A model generated the notes under the pieces. It searched no databases, was not told the DNA's origin, and saw only the letters and a program-made list of their open reading frames with translations. A stretch of DNA of 64,000 nt, from NCBI GenBank assembly GCA_025603075.1, contig MU626307.1, forward strand, positions 1 through 64,000, in the 5' to 3' direction. The stretch is from Neoconidiobolus thromboides FSU 785. Taxonomy: Eukaryota > Fungi > Entomophthoromycota. Position 1 is the stretch's first letter. Every line of letters begins with the position of its first letter. Shown one piece after another: positions 39,452-50,051 of the stretch. The position numbers and the translations under genes were made by a program.

Positions 39452-41380
39452 ATGAGTACCAATAATGAAATTTGGAAAAAAGAATTAGGCGTTGAGGTAG
39501 CAGAAAGCTTGAATGGTGGGGATAAAATTATTTTACCAGCTGACGTATTAGAAGAACTTTTAGAGCTATATGATCATAACTTACCCACACCACTAACATT
39601 TAAAGTATCAACCCATGAAAACAGTTTCCTTCACTGTGGCGTTAGAGAGTTTAGTAGTCAAGATGGCACTATAATAGTACCACCTTGGATACATGAATTT
39701 TTTAATGGTAATGACACTACTATTAATAAACTAACTTTGGAGTCAGTTCAACTTCCTAAAGGAAAATGGGCAAAATTCGTTCCTCTAGAAGATGATTTTT
39801 TACTGGTTAAAGATCTTAGGGTTATGTTTGAATCTTCTTTAAGAGCCAATTTCACCGCTTTAACTCAAGGACAAATACTCCATACTCGTTATGCATCTAA
39901 GGATTATAAGTTTAGAGTCGATGAGTTGAAACCTGAAATAGCAGTTAATATAATAGATACGGATTTGGAAATTGATATTGAAACACCAATTAATTTTTTA
40001 CAAGGGACTTCGAATTCAAAAAATATAGCTAAAAAGCTAAAGATTCAAGAAGTTAAAGTAGACATCGTTAATTCATTTAAGCTAGGTAAAGGGGAATCAA
40101 TGCAGTATCAATTTTTATGGCCAAGAACAACTTCTTTTAAGGTTGTTTTAAAGGCTTTTGGTACTACTGGACCTAATGCTTTCTTAATTCCTGGTGTAAC
40201 AGAAGCTTCAATTGATAGTCATATTTGGGCTTCCTTTGGTTCACAAAATGAAAAAACAATTACTGTCAAAAAGAACGACCCTGCATATAGAGCTCCTTAT
40301 CACTACAGTTTAACTGTAACAAGCAATAGTGAGTTAACTTTTAACTTAATAATAGAGGAATATAATGAGCCAGATGCTATTCAAGGACCAGCTCCCATCA
40401 AAGAAGATGAGGTTTTATGTACAACGTGTAACAGGATAATACCTAAATCTAGTTTTACTTTACATACCAATTTCTGTGCACGTAACAACAAAGTCTGTGC
40501 CATTTGTAATAAAGTGTTCAAATCAAATGAAATAAATCAACATTGGCATTGTGAGTTATGTTTAATGGATGGAAACTCAGGAGATAATGATATACATTAT
40601 GGGTTTTTTCATACAATTAATCACTGTGAGTGTGGCTCTAAAGTAGAAGGAAAACATGGGTTAGCAAGGCATAAAATTTTAGACTGTCCTAATAGGCTGA
40701 TAGAGTGTCGCTTTTGTCATGATCTAGTACCATATAACAAAAAATCATCTGATCCGGCGGATTGGGAGTTTGATTTAACAGAGCATGAGTCTTATTGTGG
40801 AAACAGAACAATCACATGTTCCAAATGTAATAGACATGTCTCATTAAAAAAGGTAGGATTACATGCCAAATATCACGAGTTTGTGAAGCAAAGTCAACCA
40901 CTGCCGTTTCAAAAATGTTCAAATAGTAATTGTATCAAAGAGCAGACCGGGGATACTAATGAAATGAGGTTGTGCCAGGCGTGCTTTTATCCTATTTGGT
41001 CACCAAATTATGATCCTGAGAATAAAGCGCTTAGGAAAAGGGTAGCTTTACGCTATCATAATCAGTTGGTTAAAGGGTGTCAAAATCAATGGTGTAAAAA
41101 TCAATATTGCGCAACAGCTACAAAGGAGCCATTAAATCCTAATGTGGCAGCAGCTAAGTTAATACCTCTATTAAAAATTCCTTTGTTAAAAGGCCAAGAA
41201 TGTCACTTTTGTGTGGATCAAAGTACTACGTTTAAAATGGAACTTGTAAATAAACTCAAACACGAAAGTAACGGATTGTATCCAGTTGAATGGTATATTA
41301 GATCTTTAACTATGAACGAAGCTGATTTCAAAGAGTGCTTAAAATGGCTTCGAGTTAATGCTCCAACCACAAGGAGTTAA
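39452..41380 (+). CDS. Ufd1-like double-psi-barrel protein with TRAF-type zinc fingers and an AZUL-like zinc domain (642 aa)
   Basis: GDKIILP..L..L, LHCGVREFSS..G.IIVPPW, LPKGKWAKFVP, LRANFTALTQG, AVNIIDTDLEIDI (UFD1 family); repeated C-x2-C..H..C; YHNQLVKGCQNQWCKNQYCA. Confidence 0.85.
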   Translation: MSTNNEIWKKELGVEVAESLNGGDKIILPADVLEELLELYDHNLPTPLTFKVSTHENSFLHCGVREFSSQDGTIIVPPWIHEFFNGNDTTINKLTLESVQLPKGKWAKFVPLEDDFLLVKDLRVMFESSLRANFTALTQGQILHTRYASKDYKFRVDELKPEIAVNIIDTDLEIDIETPINFLQGTSNSKNIAKKLKIQEVKVDIVNSFKLGKGESMQYQFLWPRTTSFKVVLKAFGTTGPNAFLIPGVTEASIDSHIWASFGSQNEKTITVKKNDPAYRAPYHYSLTVTSNSELTFNLIIEEYNEPDAIQGPAPIKEDEVLCTTCNRIIPKSSFTLHTNFCARNNKVCAICNKVFKSNEINQHWHCELCLMDGNSGDNDIHYGFFHTINHCECGSKVEGKHGLARHKILDCPNRLIECRFCHDLVPYNKKSSDPADWEFDLTEHESYCGNRTITCSKCNRHVSLKKVGLHAKYHEFVKQSQPLPFQKCSNSNCIKEQTGDTNEMRLCQACFYPIWSPNYDPENKALRKRVALRYHNQLVKGCQNQWCKNQYCATATKEPLNPNVAAAKLIPLLKIPLLKGQECHFCVDQSTTFKMELVNKLKHESNGLYPVEWYIRSLTMNEADFKECLKWLRVNAPTTRS

Positions 41381-41654
41381 AAATGATATTTGAGTGTTTG
41401 GTATAGTTTTTAGCATTGATTAAAAATAAAGTAAGATTTGAAATCAACTTCATTGTTTCAATATAATTAGCAATTATTTATTTTGATCATGGTAACTTTT
41501 TAAGGATTATAAATGATATTTGAAAAAAAACAAAGCAGAACGCTAAATTTTATGATTAATTAATCTATCCTAGATGAATTTAGAAATCAGAGAAAAGTTT
41601 ATGAAACGTAGAAATGAATAGTATTTGACTTGAATAAAGGAACGAGGAAAGGGG

Positions 41655-43931
41655 TTATTCATTGACCATTTTATCCAAACAAGTACCTTTAGGATTATAG
41701 CCTAAATTCTCGCCAAAACATAAGAAGCATTTGTTCACCTTGGTATAAAAAGGCCTCATAATAATTTTACTAGAAAATGTAAAATTATTGATCGAAATTT
41801 CCGCTAATTTTTTAACGCCCATAAAGATTCGATTTAATAAATCTTTATCACCAAAATCTAATGAATTGGATCTAGATCTAGGTAAAAAATAACTATTCAA
41901 ACATAAACATGTTAACCCTAAAAACTTTTTGTGGGTCGTTATATTATACATTGATAGCTGATGCATGTGAGTATAAAACGTACTGAATAATATTTCCTTT
42001 TTGTTCAAATGCTCTTCTATCTTTCCTGAATTTATATAAGTATCAAACATGGCTACAATCAAATCATTGAAAGGGTCGAAATAGAGCGATTTAGTCGAAA
42101 AAGATCTCAGCCTACTTTTTACCTTCTGTTCCTCAAAAGGTGGAGCTTGAACAATTTCCTGTGCTTTTTCTAGCTCTTTGATGCATGGGAGTACTACTTC
42201 ATTCAATACTTCACCTAGTGTGAAAGTGTTTGCACTATGAAACAACATGTAGCAATAGTGTGACATGATCTAGAAAGCAAGGTTAATAAAGTATAATAAA
42301 TACAAAATGATGTTATACCAACGATGCAGAGCCATAACAACAAACAATATTTACTAAATTAGATAAAACTTCCCCTTCTTCTCTGTTAATAATTTTATAA
42401 AAGATCTCATTATTGGCTTTTCCTCTTTTATTTGATTCGATACGTAAATATCCTAACAGTAGCGAAAGAGTAGTGAATTCTTCATCTGGAAAAATATGGA
42501 TAAGGTACTCTTCAGAGAATATTATTCTTTTTACATAACACGCAGTTTCTAAAAGATTCACCATAAATTTAACCTGACAACTTTTAGTTTTTTGGTTTAT
42601 GTTATTTAATTAAATTTACTTTAGAATAGTGGTTTCTGTTATCAATTCTTGAATTATAAAGCAAATCAAACACATGATAACTTAATTTGAATAAAACCCA
42701 ACGATCACTTAATATCAATGCTAAATCACTATTTTATCAAAAAGTTCATGCTATACGTAATTCATATTAATTACCTAAGTATACCATCACCATTTTTTAT
42801 ACTTAATTCATTAAGTTTATTCTCTAATTGGCTGACATCTTTTATATCAAAGTTATTTAATACGTTTGTAAGCCCATGTGTAAATGAAAATAAAGAATCA
42901 TGTCCTGTATACTATAAATTTCATTATATTTTACCTTCAATATTATACTTTCATAATAAGCTTACCGCATTTATTTTTATATTACAATTAATAGTTAAAT
43001 CTAATCTAAGAGAACAAAGTAAAGGATTACTTAGTAATTTATACATACTTTTAATTTTTTTTGTAAACGCATCATACATACCAATATCGTTTCCAATAAA
43101 TGCTTGGATTTCTTTAAACTTTTCATTGTTTTTCCTACAAAAGTAAATGAACAAACTGCATCTTTTATAGTTTAAATTAAAATTACCTAATATACACAAC
43201 ATCTTGCTGTGGATATATATATACATTTGATAATACATCTTTTGAATGTTGTAATAATTCTGGATCTGTTACATAAGCATCAATCAAATCTTGAATCTTT
43301 TTATCTTTTAGTTCTGGTACATGTGCTAATACTTTCTTTTTAAGTTTTACACTGCATGACTTGAACTGCGATTAGGATACATTGTACGTAAAAATTAAAA
43401 TAATCTTACTTCATACACTTTGACATCTGTCAAATCATTGAAAATAAATAGTAACTCTTTATCAATAGGAAGATCTGCTGCTAAAGTTAGAGGTATTTTT
43501 CTGAATGGCTCTACTTGTATATATCTCCAAGTTAATTTTAAAAGCTCCCTATATCTTAACTATATTAACTTTTATTTATATAAATCAAAGTTTAAGATGC
43601 TTTACTTTATAAGATTCCTAGGTAAATTATTTTCAATATCATGTAAAATTGAATTTATGAAATCATTTAAACAGGCGTAGTACAAATCATTAATTGAGCC
43701 TTTACAAAATTGTAATAAGGGTAATGTTGCTTTTATTACTGGTACCTCTTCAGTTAGAAATTCTTTTAAGTTTTCTTTTAATGTGTCCGTATTTTTTGAA
43801 CTCCTAAATACTTGTATCAATCTTTCTTTCCCTTCGCTTGTCCCTATTATTTTAGAATAATCATATTTTAATTTTATTGAGTTTTTATTGTTGCTGTTGT
43901 TATAGCTGTGATTAACCCAATCTGTATTCAT
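41655..43931 (-). CDS. NELFB: Negative elongation factor B (COBRA1) homologue (multi-exon)
   Basis: Spliced exons give VPVIKATLPLLQF, YRELLKLTWRYIQVEPFRKIPL, KSCSVKLKKKV..IQDLIDAYV, RKNNEKFKEIQAFIGNDIGMYD..LLCSLRLDL, DSLFSFTHGL, ILSDLALILSDRW. These are collinear with remembered human NELF-B blocks (LPSLQSALPFLD, LEDLLEKSFSLVKMPSL, RACAVEVKRQI..VSPLLKQYI, RRQGEVVQRL..GKNVKLYD..HYCTLRAEL, DPCHKFTWCL, VLGDLSMILCDP). Confidence 0.82.
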
Positions 43932-44146
43932 CTTTTTTTTAAAATAAAAAATCAGTGTCGAAATTGAGCTTTTTGTATTTTCTAGTGCAAATTTAAATGA
44001 ACGAACAAAACTTAATTTGCTATTTTTAAACATTTTTCAGCAAAATTTAAATCAAATTAAAAAATTGAAACTCAATATTATTTAATACTCAAAAAGGATT
44101 CTATTTTGAATCTTTCTGGTCATTTAATTTATTTGATTTTAATAAA

Positions 44147-45072
44147 ATGGGTATAAAAATTGAGCAAAAAGAAGTTGAAATAAAGGCCTCTAATGATTTA
44201 TTTGAAAACTTGTTTGGTATGATTAATTAAAATTGTGTTTGGTATCAATATATTAACCTTTTTTATTTAATAATATAGAAGTAGCAGTTCATACGTAATT
44301 ACATTTACCATTAATTTTTATAAAATCTTAACTGCGTAGCATTTTATATTTAAGAGGAGCTTATGCAAAAGAAGATTTTGAGATCCATGAGTTTGATACT
44401 ATTGAATTTATGAAGCTTAAGCCCTTGACCTATTTAGGATTTATTAATGAATTTATTGAAACTTCAAGAAGTAAATTACATTAGTCTATTATATTATTAC
44501 TAACTTACGAAAACAGATCGCTTTTTATGTAAAAAAGGATGCTCTTTCTCATTGATAATTAAAAGTGCTAAAAGCGGGAATGTCCTTGATACCTGGGAAA
44601 TAAATTTTAAGCAAGAAAATGAGTAAACAGAAATTAGTAATGATGCTTTTATATTCATTTTATTATAGGGAAGAAATTGGACTGACTAAACCTTCAAGTA
44701 AAACCAAATTCAGTGAGTTATATTATCTAAATACAATACAAAGTATACTACATAAAACTTCCGGATTAGAAGAAATTAAAGAAGAAAGTAAGTAACTTTT
44801 ATAGAAAAAAAATATCATATTAAGCTGTTTTAGTTGTATTTGATTTAGACTTCGATACCATGTATTCTGAGGAAGAGACTGATTCTAAGGACTGGTTTAA
44901 TAACAGTACGAATTTGTCCGATCTTCAGAAAATGTTTCAAGCTGCAGCTACTCTTCGTAAGAGATATATGACTAATGTCGGTGAAGCAGAATGTAGCCCA
45001 CGTAAGAAAATCGAGCTTGGCCTTTCTGCTTCCCTTTCAAAACTTGAAACAGCCCATTACTTTCATTATTAA
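44147..45072 (+). CDS. Divergent HORMA-domain protein 1 (Rev7/Mad2-like, 6 exons)
   Basis: Exons 44147-44216, 44279-44294, 44340-44470, 44517-44622, 44669-44787, 44834-45072 splice in frame: ENLFEVAVHTILYLRGAY, SLIIKSAKSGNVLDTWEINF, LNTIQSILHKT, IVFDLDF..KDW, then a unique tail with SPRKK. Confidence 0.8.
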
Positions 45073-47379
45073 TTTTAATTAAGGACTGGGGCTGTTATGA
45101 GTAGTTTTCTTTTATCTTTCTACCTTCCCGTTAAGTAAAATAGTCATGTTTCTTTTAATCTTCGTTAAGAGATATGACGAAATAAATTACACTAAATTAG
45201 TTAAAATCAATTTTATAAAGCAAAATAGATTGATTGTCTTTCTATTATATTGTAAAAGAACATAGAATTTCTTTACTTTTAGAATGATAGTATCAAATTA
45301 CATTCTTCCGTATAGTGGAACTAGATGTTTATAAACTAAGTTAATTATGGATTTACAACTTAAGCAACAATCTAAATTTCAATTGATGTAACAACCTTAT
45401 CATATCATCCTAATGCATTTATTGTAAATTTTTATACGTTTCCAGCAATTTGATCTACCAGATTATACTTTAAAATATGATATATTAATCTATTTCATTA
45501 CATTATACTACAATATAACAGTAATTTAGCGTAGCCTCCATTCAATTTTTAATAAAATCAGCTAATTTTATTATAATCACCAAGATACATATTTGATCTA
45601 ATTGGCGCGAAAGTATTAAAAGATTACTAAATAGATAATCACATTCAAGCTTGTTACCATCATTTAACCAAAATTCCTTAATTCTTACGACTTGTTATAG
45701 GGTAAAAGCTGGAATATAAATATGACCTTAGACAAAATATTTTATATAAAATATTTATACTCATGTCAGATAAAGTCCCTAAAATAGCTTTTTTGAACGC
45801 TTTTTCTTTATAACTGTTCTTATAATATTTACAGAACTGAGTATATAAACGATTATTGTATGTTCAGGATGTCTTTTTTGTGTCAAATTATATAAAGATT
45901 GTCTTAGTATATCTATGCTTTAGATAAAGTTATACTTAGTCATATTTATTTAATCATTTACATTAAAGCGATAAAATCAAAGTATTTAATGAGTTTGTAC
46001 TATTTTTATTTGAAGTTGCGCTTAAAGTACTATTATAAATTTCTAGCTTATTAAATTATCAATTATTTTTATTAAATCTTATTCTTATTTTTTATCTTCA
46101 ACTCAAAGTTAAAAATAATAAATATCATTAATAGTAAATTAGTCTAAAGAAACGATATTATCGTTTTGTATTAAACTCAAATTTTTAACTTATTATCACA
46201 AATTGAATATCTATAATGAACAATGTTTTGTTATTTGTTAGTACATATAAGTAATATACTAGTAAATTTAACTTAGGAGGGTAGTATGTTTTGATTAATT
46301 TACAACCTTGAGGACTATTTTTTTAATTTGATTAAAATATAAGACAGTGCGTTATAATATTTGAAGGCAAGAGCCATACATAATCAGTATTTAAGCGATT
46401 AAATTTGATGATGGTATTTCTACTTTATTTTAGTAGCTTACTTTAATGGCTTTTTTGTTTTTATAATAATGCATTAAAATTACATTTGACTTTTTTCCCA
46501 ATAAATCCTTTTTAGTTCATTAGCATTATTCGCTCTTTAACTTATTCCAACCTCCTAATAATAGTATAAATATAGCTTTTAATTTATTCACAAATGAAAT
46601 ATTTTAATTACGTTGACTAATTTCAGCTGTAAAGCTATACAGTGGACCATTTAAATGAGAAAAATTTAAAGTTAGGTCAAATTTAAAAGCATGATTAATA
46701 ACAGACTTTAAAAAGCTATGATCAATGGACAGAATTCTTTTAAAAAGATATTCTCATTATTCATTGAAATGTTATATTTTGGTTATACTAAATAAAATTT
46801 ATCATGCACATAATAGTTTACTTTTTAAAGCAAAAATTGAGTTTAAGAGATCATTTTAAACAAAGGATATTATTGGCTAATAAGTTTTCAGAAACGAAAA
46901 GCTCAATTAAACAGTCAAATTGTAGATTAAAACTAATAGTGGCTATAAAAAAGATAAAACTGTTGAAAATGCGACCAAAAATCCAATGTGTAAATGAAAA
47001 TTCGATTCATATTGCTTTTGAAATGAATTCAAATAATAAATGTAATTTATTAGGTGTAGTGTATGATGAACTTTAGACTACCATTGTTTTTAAAGGAATT
47101 AAATAGGAAACGTAATCTGGTTTTTATCCCATAATATTAGGACAGCGTGAATGCAGAATTGCCAAGTAGCACTTTGATTGGTCTAACTACTGTCATTTTT
47201 AAAACTGCACAAAAATGGACTGACAAGCAACAAATCCAATCAAGGAAATCCATACCATGGCAAATAGTCCAATAAAATGGTCGGATAGAATAATTAAGGA
47301 ATGAAACAGAGCAGACCAAGCAAGCAATAAAAATAAAAAATTTAAAAAAACATCGTTTGTCTTTTTCAAATAAAATAAA

Positions 47380-47928
47380 ATGGCTAGTGTTGACCCTAAA
47401 GTTCTTAAAGCTGTCCTCAAGGAAGGTGGTAAACGTGCAGTAGAAATCGTTGGTGTTGCTGAAACCGGTGGTCTCGAATTTTTCTGTACCAAACTTGACG
47501 AGCCAAATGGTAGCGTTGAGCTCCTCCTTGAAGCCCTTAAAGCTATGAATAAACCAATTGACCCTAATGAAGAAGAATCCAAAGGTGGTTCCCAAGACAT
47601 TGGTAAAATGATCTTCTCTGTCAGCAACGACCAACTCGCCGTTATCGCTTACGTTCCAGCTGCCAAACAAGATAAAATCACTGCCAAGACTTGGTTAGAA
47701 CACGTTCTTACTAAATATGAAGGTAAAGTTCTCGAAGCTAATGATGAAGTTGCTTCCGGTATCATCCTCGCTAACCCAGAAAAGAACGTTTTCTCATTAA
47801 AGGTTCGTGACGAAGCTATCCCATACTCTATCGCTTATCTCCGTTCCCTTGGTCTTTTCCCAGAACAAGCTGATTCTTCTGATGATGAAGCTGCTTTCGG
47901 TGATGACTTCGATTTCGATAACTGTTAA
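47380..47928 (+). CDS. Small conserved hypothetical protein, likely highly expressed; acidic C-terminus
   Basis: No introns; strong C-ending codon use (CTC, ATC, TTC, GAC) unlike neighbours; motifs KEGGKRAVEI.G, EESKGG..DIGKMIFS. Confidence 0.8.
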   Translation: MASVDPKVLKAVLKEGGKRAVEIVGVAETGGLEFFCTKLDEPNGSVELLLEALKAMNKPIDPNEEESKGGSQDIGKMIFSVSNDQLAVIAYVPAAKQDKITAKTWLEHVLTKYEGKVLEANDEVASGIILANPEKNVFSLKVRDEAIPYSIAYLRSLGLFPEQADSSDDEAAFGDDFDFDNC

Positions 47929-48458
47929 AGAATAAATTTGTAGCTATTTATAATTAGTTATTTATAAAAGAATATATGGTATAAGGAACTTTAATATTTT
48001 TATTAATATCAGATAATTTTTATTGATTGCTATATATTTAATAATGTAATATCGCATGTACCAACAGCCACTATAATAAAGCCGAAATTTGTAGCTTGTT
48101 GTTAATCAAAATTAGTAAATAAACTAGATTGCTGTAAAAAATACACTATTAGATACAACTTTATTCTGACATTTATTTAAAATGAGCTTGAACATACCTT
48201 CTAGTCCTACTTTGATATGTAAAATTACAAAAATGCTTGGTGGCAATTTTCAATAGTTAACTATTGTTGTATTATCTCTTGCTTAAGTTATTAGATACAA
48301 TAAAGCTGAAATTTTAATTTGTAGTATTTTTTATTATATAAAATAAAACTATAGCTAATTTGAAACTTAATTTCATTAGCTCTTTAAAAACCAAGGAATT
48401 GAAAGCAAAAATTTTATTTTTTATAATTCTTTTTTTTATAACACTTAGTTTAATAAAA

Positions 48459-49522
48459 ATGGCTGAACATTTAGCATCAATTTATGGTACTGAGAAAGAT
48501 AAGTAAGTTTTTAATTTTAATACTCAACGTAATTATCAAAAAGGAGGTTATCAATAATTTAGAGTTTTTTGAATTTGAACTAGTTAACTTTTCAATGTAC
48601 TCAAACAGTTTGTTCTTATTTTAGCTTAGGATATAAGCAGTGCCCTTGGCTTGGTTCAATATTTAAACTTTAAAAAAATAGTCAAGCTCTATTTGAGCAA
48701 GCATTTTAAACCAAATTTTTTATTTAATATAGGGTCAATTGTTCCTTTTACTTTAAAATTGGAGCTTGTAGGCACGGTGAGCGTTGCTCTAGGAAACATG
48801 TTAAACCCACCTTTTCCCAAACCATTTTGGTCCCAAATATTTACCAAAACCCAAACTTCAATTTATCGGTTCCAATGGACGAAGTTGCTCATCAACAACA
48901 TTTTGATGACTTTTATGAGGACTTTTTTATTGAGTTGGCTAAATATGGCGAAGTCGAAGAGATGAACGTTTGTGACAATGTTGGGGACCATCTTGTAGGA
49001 AATATATATGCTCGCTTCCGCTTCGAAGAAGATGCCGGGAAAGCGGTTGCTGAGTTAAACAACCGATTCTATGCTGGTAAGTACAATATGATTGAATTTT
49101 TAGCTAAGCTAATTATTTTTAGGGAGACCATTGTACGCTGAGTTATCTCCAGTGACTGATTTTAGAGAAGGTAATTTTGAATTTATCTTTCTGATAATTG
49201 ATTAAAGTAATATTTAGCTTGTTGTCGACAATATGAAAATGGAGAATGTACTCGAGGAGGATTTTGTAATTTCATGCATTTAAAGATGCCATCACGAGAA
49301 TTAAGAAAGATACTCCACCAATCTCAGAGGAAGTCAATAGAGATAAAGCGACAAGAACGTCATTTAACAAGAGAGTTGGAAAGAAAATCCCATTATCGTG
49401 GCCGCTCTAGATCAAAGGAAAGGAGTGCTAGAGAAGTTGGGAGATCTAGAGAAAAAGCACGCTCTAGAGAACATGGTGAATCAAGACACCGCCATTCCCC
49501 AAGAGCTAATGGACATGCTTAA
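48459..49522 (+). CDS. U2AF1: Splicing factor U2AF small subunit (4 exons)
   Basis: Exons 48459-48502, 48733-49076, 49123-49170, 49218-49522: [69 protein letters not shown]-rich tail. Confidence 0.96.
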
Positions 49523-50051
49523 CTTGTCTGTCTGATGCTTTTATAATATAGCTGTTTTATTAATATTAAAATTAGGATCTGATTATGTGAATTTGGATTT
49601 ATGTTTAAAATATTCAACGTTTTTTTAGTTTATAAATAAGACGATATGATGGAAAAATAAATCGAGTAGAAAAACGAAAATTAAATTATAAAATATATAA
49701 CGGCAGTGTTGTAACTGATACTAGTTATTCTGATAGTTGTATTTAACTATTGATATTAAATGTCACTAACTATAGAATAGATTATTCATATTAAGTAATA
49801 GTATCGCAGTAACAAATCATGCTCTAACATTCTACTTCTACACCTTTACCATGTAATAAAAGTCAACAAAGTTTAAATAATAAAGGTTTACTCTATAAGT
49901 CAACATGATTAATTCTTTTAAAACAATAATAAACTAAACACTGCTTTCGTTAATAATTCAAAATGTAATAATAAAACTTGATAACTGTAAAGTGGTTTAT
50001 TTGTATTAAATGGTTTTGTTAATGCTTTAGTATAAAAAATTAGTAATCACT

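Noticed and set aside
46804-47076. 90-aa plus-strand ORF upstream of the 47.4-kb gene
   Set aside because: AT-rich, composition typical of intergenic DNA, no motif or splice support
47137-47670. Two antisense ORFs (177 and 142 aa)
   Set aside because: Shadow frames of the codon-biased plus-strand gene at 47380-47928
48651-48965. 104-aa ORF overlapping U2AF1
   Set aside because: Starts in intron 1 and runs out of frame through exon 2; relevant only as the product of unproductive splicing
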